Source of the DNA: Octopus sinensis
Taxonomy: Eukaryota
Direction of reading: 5' to 3'
Length of the DNA stretch: 64,000 bases
Assembly (NCBI RefSeq): GCF_006345805.1
Contig: NC_043013.1
Span: forward strand, 8,928,001 to 8,992,000
The translations under genes and the position numbers were made by a program. The notes beneath the pieces are model-generated. The model saw only the letters and a program-made list of their open reading frames with translations, was not told the origin of the DNA and ran no database searches. Below are positions 23,806 to 36,309 of the stretch, piece by piece. The stretch's first letter is position 1. Every line of letters starts with the position of its first letter.

Positions 23806-25410
23806 GAGGGGCTGTATGAATGTATGTTGGTCTGTGTGCATATTGTGTGTGGGTGGGGGGTGCTACGTGTGCATATTATATGAGATTATATGCTCTGTTT
23901 GTTGGTGTGTATGTATTTTAGGTGTGTATGTTTGTTATGTGTATTGGTATGCGTGTACAGTTTGTGTGTGTGCATGCTATGTGCGTCCGTTGTGTGCATA
24001 TTATGTGAGTGTGTATGCTCTGTTTGTTGGTTAATGTGTATATTTTGTGGAGGTGTTTATGGTATGTGTGTTGCTGTGTTTCTATATTGTTTGCGTGTGT
24101 GTGTGTATTATGTGGGAGTGTGTGCTATGTGAGTTGGTCTGTGTGTATATTATTTGGGGTGGGGTGCTATGTGAGTTGGTGTGTGTATATATTTTGAAGG
24201 GGTGTATGCTATGTGTGTTGGTGCGTGTGTACATTTTGTGGGAAGTGTGTGTTTGTGGGGGGAATTACAACCGTGTTTCATTGTCTGCTACCACAACAGC
24301 TCCTTTATAGGATCCAGTTAGCTCAAGACATCATCAGGAGGAACCACGTCCGGTTTCGGCCCCTACTCCTCTACTGTTTTGACGTGGAGGGGCCCGGCCC
24401 CTTTCGGATGTGTCTCCTTTCTTTCGTTTCCTGGCCTCTTCGATGTTTCGTCAGCGAGTGCCAAACTTGTCAAATTTTCCCCTTTAAACACCCGCCGCCA
24501 GTCTCCAGCTTGCAGCCCCAGCAATTTGTCACGTGATACTGTCTCACCTTAACTGACTAGTGAAGGCGCGTAGTCTTAGCCCACACATTCTCTAAACGAC
24601 CGTCACCTGTCATTCAGCGAAGCTGATTCAGTGTCAGCTTCTCTCACCTAGTGATGTTATTTCCTGCCGGCATGTTATGACTTTCAAGCCATTTTCGGTC
24701 TTCCCGCTTCAGCCATAAATAGAAGCTGGCTTTTTCCACCGCCTACTGTACTCTTCTTATTAGTTTTCTATTACACTGACTCCAGTACTCAACTGGTACT
24801 TATTTTAGCGACCCCGAAGGGATGAAAAGCAAAGTCATCCTCGGTGGAATTTGAACTCGGAACATAAAGACAGACGAAATACTGTTAATCATTTTGTCTG
24901 GCGTATATTTAAAAGCGGGCGAGCTAACAAAATCGTTTGCACGCCGGACAAAATACTTAGCGGCATTTCGTTCGTTTTTACGTTCTGAGTTCAAATTTCG
25001 CCAAGGTCGACTTTGCCTTTTATTCCTTTCAGGGTCGATAAAATAGGTACCAGTCATGTACTGAGGTCGATGTATTCGACTTATTCACTCATCATAAATT
25101 ATTGGCCTTGTGCTAAATTTTGAAACGAATATTAGGAATATATTATTATTATTATCAAGCGTGTTATTTTCCCTCATAATTCTTAATTTCTCTTTTCTTT
25201 TTTTTTTTCTTAATTTTCCCGACTTGATTAGTGTAAAGAAATTTAATTTTGTCTCCACTAACCAAACACATCTAAAGAAAGTTGAAGAATTGTTAGAACG
25301 AAGCCAAAAATTAATATTGCGAATCTCTTAAGAGCAGGAACAGGTTGACAAGAGTTGTTTCCCTTTAATTGCTTTTCCTACAAAATTATGCAAAGAATAA
25401 TTTTTAAATA

Positions 25411-26105
25411 TAGTAAGGCCTCGATATACGAGTTAATTTGTACTCGGAAACCGCTCCTAAAACAAAAACTCGAAAAGCAGAGCAATAATTTTCCATAGTA
25501 GCAATGTTATAAACCGTAATTCGTTCCCAGAAAAATATTTTCTCTATAAAATATATAATACTCGTCAATAAATGGCAATAAGCCCCAAGTTTTGTCAGTG
25601 AACAAACAGGTCGTGGTTTTCAAGACGAAGAAAATACTTTGACACAAATGAAAATTAAATTAACGGTTTTTGTGTGTTCTTGGATGGCTTACAAATATCT
25701 TCCAAGCTGCAATTGTTTTTTTGTTTTAGCACACGATCTCAGATCAAGTCACTTGCTATGCAAATACATCTCCGTAAATGTAAAGAATATTTTATGTAAA
25801 GTGAAAAGAATGTCGAGATCATTTATAATAAAAGAAATATTATTATAATCGTTTTCTGAATCACTTTTACTCGCACTTGACTCGCGCACACCATCACTTG
25901 TAGACCCGATCGCCGATTCACAAGCACTCGTAGACGGACTTGTAGATTTCTGCTTAAAACCCAAATATAGAGTTGTTTGCTTAGAAGAAGCCTTTTTTCA
26001 CTCTCTATAAATTTCTCTGTAACCTGCAGAAGTATTTGTTATGGTAATACGAACTTTTGCACTTCATTCAAAATTTGGATCTTGTATATCCTGAATTTGA
26101 ACCTT
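25411..26105 (-). mobile_element. Tigger/pogo DNA transposon remnant (transposase C-terminus plus right TIR)
   Basis: - strand DPNFE*SAKV.....N...GYREIYRE*KKASSKQTTL matches the Tigger C-terminal pattern. TA + tagtaaggcctcgatatacgag at 25409 resembles Tigger-type termini. Confidence 0.72.
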
Positions 26106-26562
26106 TCTGAAATATGAATAAATAAGTATTAAATAAGTAATCTGAATGCTAGAGGGTTAAAGTTGTTCACCATTTATCCAATCAATGGAGTAATAGATGC
26201 ATTTACCCTGTTTGTAGGGGTACTATATAAGTTTACTATAAACGGTTATCAAAACGAAGCGCTGATACAGAGCTTTCCCATGAAACTACTCATATCATGT
26301 CATACTGTAGTGGAATACGTCTTGAATAAACAAAAATATAATTCTTTTTTAGGAAGGGTGGGTCTCAAAGCAGATAAGGCTATAAATAATAGCCTCTAAA
26401 TATTAGTTTAAAATCCTTGTGGATAGAAAATATTGACGGTGGCTCATGGGACGCAAACCTTCATCTCCTGTTATCATGACAGATGTTCTGCCATTGTACC
26501 AAAGCAATCTTTTTAATTATTTAAAACTTCATTGTTTCTAGCATGAATGTAATATGTAACTA

Positions 26563-27128
26563 TTGGGTTGTCCGGAAAGTTCATGCCGATTTTTAAAAGA
26601 AAGAAAAAGGTCAATAAATACTTGCCATTACATTTTTAATCAACCAAATATGAACCATTTTGTAGCACAATGTGTCTCCATCTTTCCTTTAACTTAAAAA
26701 TACCCTCTTCCCAGAATTGAGGTGGTTTCATGGCAAAGAATTCATCAAGGTATCTTTTTATGTCATCCGAGGAATAGAAATTTTTACCATTAAGACTATT
26801 CTGCAGAGACCTGAATAAGTGGAAGTCCGAAGGAGCAATATCTGGTGAATATGGAGGGTGGGGTAACACATCCCAGCCGAGCTGCAGCAATTTTTGTTTG
26901 GTTCCCAAAGCATCAAGTGCCGAAAATGAACTTTTTTATCTTCCATTTTAAAGGGTTACAGAATTAACACAGGTTATAGGAACATAAACCTTCTTCCACG
27001 AAAAGATAGCTTAAACTGTGCTCTAAATGGAGGTGTAGTCAAATCCTATTTTATGGACTCAACCATGTTCTAAAATAAGTCGAAAGGTAAGCTACTACAA
27101 ATCAGCACAAACTTTCCAGACAACCCAA
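26563..27128 (-). mobile_element. Internally deleted mariner element with both TIRs and TA target duplication
   Basis: TIRs ttgggttgtccggaaagttcatgccgattt and aaatcagcacaaactttccagacaacccaa, flanked by TA. ORF 26636..26908 has HPPYSPDIAPSDFHLF...ERW..IV...G.Y. Confidence 0.93.
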
Positions 27129-27265
27129 TATAATATTCTCTGTATGCACCATATTCCCTTTAATATTTCTTATTCATAATAATATGTGTTTATCTTAAAT
27201 GGAATGCAAAACAGTTCTCACCATTGTTCATAACATTTTTTTCTTTTCGTCTCTTTTTCTCAAAG

Positions 27266-27378
27266 GAATGCAAGACTGCCCTTACTATGTCCGAGCAGAG
27301 CTGCTTGGGGACAAACTCGCACGTAATCTTCCAGATTTCAAAATTCACAAGATTGTGAAAACAACTGCAGAATGGCCG
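27266..27378 (+). CDS. MDH1B: MDH1B-like gene, coding exon (113 nt, phase 1 to 0): (G)[37 protein letters not shown]
   Basis: Pyrimidine tract plus AG at 27264-27265 and GT at 27379. The peptide matches the recalled MDH1B N-terminal signature DCPY..AELL.D.L..NLPDF.IHKI and joins in frame to the next exon. Confidence 0.9.
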
Positions 27379-28578
27379 GTTAGTTATATTTCTTTTTATA
27401 AATATCATCATCATCGTTTAAACGTCCGCTTTCCATGCTAGCATGGGTTGGATGATTTTGACTGAGGGCTGGCGAACCAGATGGCTGCACCTGGCTCCAA
27501 TCTTTGTCTGGCAGAGTTTCTACAGTTCGATGCCCTTCCTAACGCCAACCACTCCGAGAGTGTAGTGTGTGCTTCCCTTTTTGTTTTATATATGTATGTA
27601 TGCATATGTGTGTGTGGGGGGGCATACAGATAACTATATATATATATATATTTATTACCCACAGGGGTCTAAACATAGAGGGGACCAACATGACCAGACA
27701 AAGGAATTATGTTGATTACATCAACCCTAGTACATAACGAGTATTTATTCAGTCAACCCCCCAAAAGGATGAAAGGCAAAGTCGATCTCGGTGGAATTTG
27801 AACTCAGAACATAAAGACAGACAAAATACCGCTATGCATTTTGTCTGGCGTGCTAATGATTCTGCCAGCTCACCTTACAATATGTGTGTGTGTGTGTAGT
27901 AGAGGTGTATGGCTTAGTGGTTAGGGTGTTGGAGTTCTGATCATGAGTTCATGGCTTTCATTCATGGATCGGACAATGCATTGTATTCTTTGAGACAAAT
28001 CACTTTATTTCACGTTGCCCCAGTCCACTCAGCTGGCAAAAATGAGTAATCCAGTAAGGAATATATCATCATCATCATCATCGTCATCATCATCATCATC
28101 GTTTAACGTCTGTTTTCCATGCTGGCATGGGTTGGATGGCTTGACTGATGTCTGGGAAGCCATTGGCTGCATCAGGCTCCGATCTGATTTTGCAATGTTT
28201 CTACAGCTGATGTCCTTCCTAATGCCAATCACTCTGAGAGTGAGTGGATATTTTTTACATGCCACCAGCATGTCAGGAGCCAGTCAGGTGGACCTGGCAT
28301 CGACCATGTTGGATGGTGCTTTTTACATGCCACCAGCATGGGAGCCAACCAGAGAGCTCTGGCATTGACCACTTTTGGATGTTGCAGACCACACAAACTG
28401 GAAAACTGGTTCTGTGCTCCTTACTGAGTTTTGTGGACTAACCATATTAATATATCACCGTGATCACCGTGACTGACCAGGCTATCAGATTTTGCTACAC
28501 ATCGCTGGTCACAATGCGCTTCGCATGGTTTTAGCCTTCAAGTGACGCCACCCCACTGGCTAAGCAAGCAGGCCAATA

Positions 28579-28632
<54 letters not shown>

Positions 28633-28703
28633 AACACACACATATTAATATATATATAGATATAGATATATATATATATATACACACACACAAAACAAAC
28701 ACA

Positions 28704-28742
<39 letters not shown>

Positions 28743-29443
28743 TCATCATCATTATCATCTGTGAATGCACATGGTTCAGTGGTTAGAGCGTTGATCTTAC
28801 GATTGTGAGGTTGTGAGTTTGAATCCTGGACCGGGCTGCATGTTGTGTTCTTGAGCAAGACACTTTATTTCATGTTGCTCCAGTTCACTCAACTGTAGAA
28901 ATGATTTACAATGTCACTGATGCCAAGCTGTATCGGCCTTTGCCTTTCCTTTGGATAACACTGGTGGCATGCAGAGGGGAGACCATTATGCATGGGCGAC
29001 TGCCGGTCTTCCATAAACAACCTTTGCACAGACTTGTACCTCAGAGGGTAACTTTCTAGGTGCAATCCCATGGTCAGTCATGACCGAAGGGGGTCTCAGC
29101 ATATCATCATCATCATCATTTAACATCCATTATCCATGCTGGTATGGGCTGGATGGCTTAACCTGGGCTAGTAAGATGGAAGGCTACACCAAACTCCAAT
29201 CTGTTTTGGCATGGTTTCTATGGCTGGATGCCCTTCCTAATGCCAACCACTCTAAGAGTGTAATGGGTGCTTTATACGTTCTACTGACACTGGTGCAGTT
29301 TGTGTGACACCAGTATCTACCACGCCTGTGGTTTTACTTGGCTTGGTGGGTCTTCTTCTCAAGCTTGGCATAATGACAAAAGCCCAACACCCAAGGCACA
29401 GCATAATGCCAAATGGTCTCAGTCCTTGCCTCTGTATGAGTAT

Positions 29444-29479
<36 letters not shown>

Positions 29480-29998
29480 GTGCATGTCTTTGAGTCTATG
29501 TTTGCCCCCACCATCACCCGACAGCCAGTGTTGGTGTCTATGTCCCCATATCTTAGCAGTTCAGCAAAAGGAGACCAATGAAATAAGTACCTGGCTTAAA
29601 ATGAAAATAATAAAGACTAGGATCGATTCATTCAACTAAAATTCTTCAAAGCGCTGCCCCAGCATGGCCGCAGTCTGATGACTGAAACAAGTAAAAGATT
29701 CAAAAGGGAAAAGATATATATATGACAGTTGCTGCGTCTCTACACTCGATGATGGTGTGCAGCTCAGTGCAATCTTAGGTGCACTGTTTCCTTTAAGCTG
29801 TGCCTATTATGTGCATGCATATTTTATACGTATTGCTCAAAAGATAATAATTGTGTGTACACAAACATTTTTCCTAGAGGAAATTGAATTTCTGCAATAG
29901 TTAATGGCTATGATATAATAGTTAATGGCTATGCTTTATCAATGTTTCAATTCAATTTTATGTTGGTTTTAATTTTTGTTTAACTTTGTGTGATTCAG

Positions 29999-31097
29999 GA
30001 ATGGCTTTGTGAAATATGTGAGGCAAATGGTTGGAAGCATGAACAATCACCAATAATTTGGAGAGAATTGGTTGATCGAGGTGGGAAAGGTGTTTTAATT
30101 GGTGGATCGAATGAATTTGAAGAATATGCATACGGCTACTATGGCGTTACTATTGATTTGGACGGCAAAAGTATGAAAATCATTGCTTATGAAAATCAAA
30201 CCACGAAAATCGAACTTGATGAAGAAGAAAGAGAAAGGATAAGAAACGAAAAATTCATTAAAGTGTGCATAACAAATGCTAGTAGCCCAGTTTGTTTCAG
30301 TTTGGTCGACAGTTTACTCTCAGGGAAAATATTTGGTAAAGAGAAAATTTCATTGTGTCTTCTGGACTGCGATCCAGCACAGACAGCTGAATTGCAATAC
30401 ATCGCTGAAAATATACAAAACATGGCTTATGGACTTCTGTATTTGAATGTCTTTGTTACATCTGACTGTGAAAAAGCTTTTAAAGGAAGTAGAATTATTA
30501 TCTTTTTGGATGAGGTAGAAAGGAAAGAAGAGGAAAAAGTACATCGGTGGACGGAAAGAAACGCTGTTCTTTTTGGGTTTTATGGGACAACTCTGTTGAA
30601 AGTTGCCAAAAGTGACACGTTGCTATTAGTTGCAGGAAATAATTACATGTGTTTAAATATGAGCATATTAAATGAGATTGTTTCTCACATTTCATCCAGA
30701 AATATTATTGGTGTTTCAAAAGTAATTGAAAACCAGGCCAAATCTGTTTTAGCTGAAAAACTGCCAGCAAGCAGCTGCTCCATTGATAACGTTGTTATAT
30801 TGGGAAGTATCAGCAATGATTATTTGATAGAATTGGACAAGACTTTAGTTAGAGAGTTTGATTGTGCAGTTGTTGGTCCAGCTACATTCTCTCAGCCATT
30901 AAATGATATTTTTCATCAACAAAGCTGGCTCAAGAAGGAGTATGTAAATGAAGTCAGTTCAAGAAAACACGTCAATGAAATGAATTTACGGCACCCTACC
31001 TACCATCTCATTGGTCATGCCATAACAACAACATTAAATTACTGGTGGAATGGTTTATCATCAAATGCCATATTCTCTGCGACTCTTATATCCAATG
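29999..31097 (+). CDS. MDH1B: MDH1B-like gene, large coding exon (1099 nt): rest of the N-terminal domain plus most of the MDH-like fold
   Basis: AG at 29997-29998 and GTAAGT at 31098. ORF 29990..31105 contains WL..ICE.NGWKH..SPIIWRELVDRGGKG.LIGG.NEF.E, typical of MDH1B, followed by an MDH-like Rossmann region (KVCITNASSPVCFSL...GKIFG...ISLCLLD). Confidence 0.93.
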
Positions 31098-31297
31098 GTA
31101 AGTAAAATTCTTCCGTATTTAATCTTAATTCATTTCGGTTACAGTCAGCGTTAAATTCTTTAGAAACGAAAGTTCCAGTTTAGTTCTTTAGAGAGCATTT
31201 TTTTTTAACAGCTAGTCATGAAATTTATGACGACAACGAAATCATCATCATCATCATCATCACCATCACCGCCGCCACCACCACCACTATTACCATC

Positions 31298-31329
<32 letters not shown>

Positions 31330-31332
31330 TAT

Positions 31333-31410
31333 CCAGTCACTGCCTGGAATCAAACCCGGAATCTCGGGGTTAGTAGCCTGCACTCTTAACCACTATGCCA
31401 TATGCCCATG
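31333..31410 (-). mobile_element. Short tRNA-like SINE head with (GAT)n tail
   Basis: - strand ggcatatggcatagtggttaagagtgcaggctactaaccccgagattccgggtttgattccaggcagtgac has box A/B but no convincing acceptor stem. Confidence 0.6.
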
Positions 31411-31610
31411 GAGTAAATTTTAGGGCTTATAACTCTAATATTCTCCTATCCTTCCTTAATACCGGTTCCCATATGCTGTTCATATCTGCACTCGATCTGC
31501 TTAGGAGCTTCTTGTGTCCTAGCATATGTGCTGCTTCTTTTGGTTTCCAGATTTTCCAGTACACTTAATTGAAAATGAGTACCAAAAATACTAGTTTCCA
31601 TGTGTGTGTC

Positions 31611-31642
<32 letters not shown>

Positions 31643-31928
31643 TATGTGTGTGTATTTGCACAAGTGTGTGTGTATTTGTATGTGTTCTTTCTTTTGTTCT
31701 TTTATTTGTTTCAGTCATTTGACTGTGGCCATGCTGGAGCATCACCTTTAGTGAAACAAATCGACCCCGGGACTTATTCTTTGTAAGTCAAGTCCAGCAC
31801 TTATTCTATCGGTCTCTTTTGCTGAACTGCTAATTTACGAGGGTGTAGACACACCAACATTGGTTGTTAAGCGATGGTGGAGAGACAAACACAGACACAC
31901 AAATACACAGACACACACACACACACAT

Positions 31929-31967
<39 letters not shown>

Positions 31968-32163
31968 CACACACACATATACACACACTCACACACACAC
32001 ACGTACATACGACAGACTTCTTTCAGTTTCTGTCTACCAAATCCACCTACAAGGTTTTGATTGGCCTGAGGCTATAGTAGAAGACACTTGCCCAAGGTGC
32101 CATGCAGTGGGAGTGAACCTGGAATCATTAGGTTGGGAAGCAAGTTTCTTTCCATACAGCACT

Positions 32164-32202
<39 letters not shown>

Positions 32203-33699
32203 CATCATCATCGTTTAATGTCCGCCCTCCATGCTGGCATGGGTTGGACGGTTTGAGTGAGGACTGGTGAGGCAGAGGCTGCACCAGACTCCAACCTGAT
32301 CTGGCAAAATTTCCACAGCTGGATGCCCTTCCTAATGCCAACCACTCTGAGAGTGTAGTGGGTGCTTTTACGTGCCACTGGCACAAGGGCCAGTCAGGCA
32401 GTTCTGGCAACAACTATGCTCAAAAGGTGTTTTTGCATGCTACTTGCATGGGAGCCAGTCCAGTGGCACTGGCAACGACCACGCTCAATTGTCGTTTTCC
32501 CGTGCCACCGGCACATGTGCCAATAAAGCTCCGCTGGCAACAGTCATGCTCGAATGGTGCTTTTCACATGTTTCTGGCACAGGAGCCAATCCGAGGCCCT
32601 GGCAACGATCATGCTCAGATGTACCTTTAACATTCCACTGGCATGAGGGCCAATCAGGCTCTACTATCATTGGCCACGTCAGCGATTTTGCTTTGTTTTG
32701 TTTACACTTACCTCAATAGGTTTTCGCAAGCAAAGTTCATTGTCCAATATATATATATATTTGCAAAAACGAATAGAAATGGCTTTTCTGAAAAATTTTC
32801 CACTTCGATAATTAGATGTTTGTGATAAAAATAACCTTTTGTAAACATCTAATTATTGAAGTGGAAAAATGATCAGAAAAGCAATTTCTATTCATTTTTT
32901 CAAATATATAATACTGTACCAAGGACTTTCTTGTTCTACTACTACACACACATAGGCACAGGAGTGGCTGTGTGGTAAGTAGCTTGCCACATGGTTCCAG
33001 GTTCATTCCCACTGCGTGGCACCTTGGACAAGTGTGTTCTACTATAGCCTTGGGCCAAGCAAAGCCTTGTGAGTGGATTTGGTAGACAGAAACTGAAAGA
33101 AATCCGTCGTATATATATATGTGTGTATATGTTTGTGTGTCTGTGTTTGTCCCCCCAACATCGCTTGACAACCAATGGTGGTGTGTTTACATCCCAGTAA
33201 CTTATTGGTTCTGCAAAAGAGACCGATAGAATAAGTACTAGGCTTACAAAGAATAAGTCCTGCAGTCGATTTGCTCGACTAAAAGCGGTGCTCCAGCATG
33301 GCCACAGTCAAATGACTGAAACAAGTAAAGAGAAACACACAAATATACAATATACAGCATGGAGCATGGACATTAAATGATGATATATATAAATATATAT
33401 ATATATATATCTGTCTGTCTGTCTGTCTATCTATCTATATATCTATCCAGCTATCTATCGATCAATCAATAGATAGGTAGATAGATAACTTTCTTTATTG
33501 GCCACACAGGGCTGAACACAGAGGGGACAAATACAAATGTAGAGCATTTCTTTTTGAATATGAAAAAGAAAAAGGGAAAAAAACAGAAAAAAAAAGTAAA
33601 ATTCTGATCAAAAGGGTCGGGAAAAAAAAAGGGCAATCAAAAGAGATTGTGTATCACAAAAGAAATTTTTAAAATGTAAGAAGCAAGATTAGGTTTATC

Positions 33700-33960
33700 C
33701 ATGGAAAGAAAAGCCTATGGAAAAGGCCACAGTAACCTCAGGGAGGGAGGGAATAAACACATGAGAGCAAAGTGCTCTCTCTCTTTTTTTGATTTACAAG
33801 ATTATGCTCAAAGTGGTTTTGTCACTTGCACGCACCATCTTTGCTACATTCACCCACCTTTTTACGAAACTTTCACGAGACAAAACCTGCCTCTCCATTC
33901 TCATCTTCCTTTTCAAGTGGTACCTGAAAAAGTTGATGAGTGATACTCTAGACCTCATAA
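33700..33960 (-). mobile_element. Possible Tx1/L1-like LINE 3' end
   Basis: - strand KRKMRMERQVLSRESFVKRWVNVAKM resembles the R...E......F..RW ending of Tx1-type ORF2. Short and recalled only. Confidence 0.4.
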
Positions 33961-34261
33961 CCTGACTCTAGACTTCCTAACCTGCATTTAAAAGCTCATA
34001 TCATTATTTGGTTACCACATGATATCCTACATCGGGGTATATTCTAGGGCTGAATGCACATGTGGAATTCTGCTCTACATTAGATTGACACAAGGATAAT
34101 ATAACATGGGGTTGGAGGATAATAAGCTTTAACTGTAGATCACAACATTTATTTCTTCCTCACATGAAAGCTTTAAGTTGCTTTGTTTATATTCCAACCA
34201 CTGACATAGCATTCTTGATGAAAACAAAGCTGTTTAGAAATACTTTCTTTTCTATTACTAG

Positions 34262-34392
34262 GTTGGTATGGTGTTCCAGAAGGCATCGCTTTTTCATTCC
34301 CAGTAGCATTTTATCTACCATTAGCATATTCTGTCATTGAAAATCTGAGTATATCTGAAAACTGCAGAGAAGATATGGATTTAATAATCGAA
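34262..34392 (+). CDS. MDH1B: MDH1B-like gene, coding exon (131 nt): (G)WYGVPEGIAFSFPVAFYLPLAYSVIENLSISENCREDMDLIIE
   Basis: AG at 34260-34261 and GTAAGT at 34393. Phase 1 matches the upstream exon. YGVPEG..FSFPV is the C-terminal motif of the cytosolic MDH family. Confidence 0.9.
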
Positions 34393-34449
34393 GTAAGTAT
34401 CTTGGATTTTTTCTTCTCTATTTTGGTTTTTCATCTCTAAACATTTAAA

Positions 34450-34669
34450 TCCTTTTGTTACCAGCCCGGCTGAAACCAGCTCTGGCTCTGACGACAAATG
34501 TCTTGTTTTCATAAGTTTTAAATTAAAATCTTCCACCAAACCTTAGTCACAATTTATGTTCCTAACACTAGCTTAATGATAACTAAGTTATTTTACTCAA
34601 TTCTTTGTTATATTTAAAGTAATTGAAAGAAACAAAAATCATCTTAAAATAAATGCAGTAACGAAAGGG
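34450..34669 (+). mobile_element. piggyBac-like MITE copy, 57 nt after an MDH1B donor site
   Basis: Colinear with 43172-43392; ends gtaacgaaaggg-TTAA. Confidence 0.82.
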
Positions 34670-34879
34670 TTAAATCCTTTTGCAACCATATTAATTATGA
34701 AATTCGCTATCCATGATAGATTTAGGAAAACAATCTATCTCTAGGTTATTAAGATGGTGTTTGGAATATACCAAAAATGTTCTTTGATAAAATTATGCCA
34801 AAAAGGTTATACACTTGCCCAAGATGCCACGCAGTGGGACTGAACCTGGAACCATGTATAAACAGTTTGAAATGCCAAC

Positions 34880-35546
34880 CACTTTACAGCGTGTACTGGA
34901 TGCTGTTGTAAGGGGAGATCACTCTGTAGAGCACAAGACTTGAACTGACCGGGTTACAGTGGAGGATCCCTTTCAGCTGAATGGAGATACAGTTGAGAAG
35001 TGGCTTTGAGCTAGATGAGATGTTGAAGTATGAAAAAGAAACCAGAACTAAAGAGGTTTCTTTGGGTGTGGTCATCAGCATATAGCAGTTCCCACAGGTA
35101 TTTGCTCTTAAATTCTTCCATTGTTGCCTGGATAATTGTGATGAATAGAAAAGGCAACTGTGAACCAAATCCTGATGAACTCCTGTCTGTACTCTAAACT
35201 CATCATTGTACTCATAGCTAAACTCCCACCTAACTAACAGCATCTCTGTACATGTCTTTAATGGTTCTCACAAGCCATTCTTCCACTAACTAGCTCTCTC
35301 AACAAGTAGCATGCAAAAACACCTTTTGAGCATAGTTTTTGCCAGAACTGCCTGACTGGCCCTTGTGCCAGTGGCACGTAAAAGCACCCACTACACTCTC
35401 AGAGTGGTTGGCATTAGGAAGGGCATCCAGCTGTGGAAACTCTGCCAGATCAGATTGAAGTCTGGTGCAGCCTCTGCCTCACCAGTCCTCAGTCAAACCG
35501 TCCAACCCATGCCAGCATGGAGGGCGGACGTTAAACGATGATGATG

Positions 35547-35577
<31 letters not shown>

Positions 35578-35990
35578 GGACTGCTGTGTGGAAAGAAGCT
35601 TGCTTCCCAATCTCATGATTCTAGGTTCAGTCCCACTGCATAGCACCTTGGGCAAACCACAAGACCACAACGTGAGAAATCCTGAAGACAGCTTAGTACA
35701 ACAGCTTACTTTTAGCTTAGCGCTTCTCCCGCACACTAGTCTCATTCATAGCACTTTCGTCCCCGGCACAAAATCAAACCACATCTCATCTACTCTCTCT
35801 CTTTCTCTCTCCAATTAATTGAGCTATAACTCTTTCCATAGCTTTCTCGACCTAGTCCAGCTGTTTGATGCCTCTGTAGTTACTTCAATCTGTGGCAGAC
35901 CCTTTACTTTTGTAGCAGTTGTCTTCGATGCTGTTTAATCAGTCATTCGGTATGACATCTTCCTGTATAACCTCATTCACTATACTAATA
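34880..35990 (-). mobile_element. Decayed RTE RT fragment, interrupted at 35303-35655
   Basis: - strand: NCYK.KG.A.D.SNYRGIK.LD...ERVIAQLI; EK..AKSKLLY...VLW | LREL.VEEWLVRTIKDMYRDAVS; EFRVQ.GVHQ; YADD-like. Confidence 0.75.
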
Positions 35991-36021
35991 ACTAGGGTTT
36001 ATCCTGTTCCTCCACCCCCAC

Positions 36022-36067
<46 letters not shown>

Positions 36068-36309
36068 GCACGTCATCCTCAACATCCATATCATGATCAT
36101 CATAATCACGATCTTCATTATCATCATCATCATCATCATTGTCATCATTTTAATGGTGGTGGTGGTGGTGGTAGTGGTGGTGATGATGTGTATGTGTGTG
36201 TCTATGTATTTATGAAGCAGAAGTCTTCTTTCTGCATGCATCATTTTACATATGAAACCTTCATTTTGGTCACTGGTGTACATTAATTAATATGTTATAT
36301 TTTTGACAG

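Noticed and set aside
24290-24540. GC-rich stretch as a candidate MDH1B exon 1 or promoter
   Set aside because: No fitting ATG...G|GT mini-exon, and it lies among TE fragments. It is left unassigned.
25749-25964. Ser-rich ORF that looked like a host exon
   Set aside because: It is the in-frame continuation of a stop-interrupted Tigger transposase C-terminus and leads into a Tigger-type TIR.
29990-31105. Canonical cytosolic MDH1 or a processed pseudogene
   Set aside because: It has the MDH1B-specific N-terminal domain, lacks MDH1 catalytic motifs, and is flanked by proper splice sites linking to further exons.
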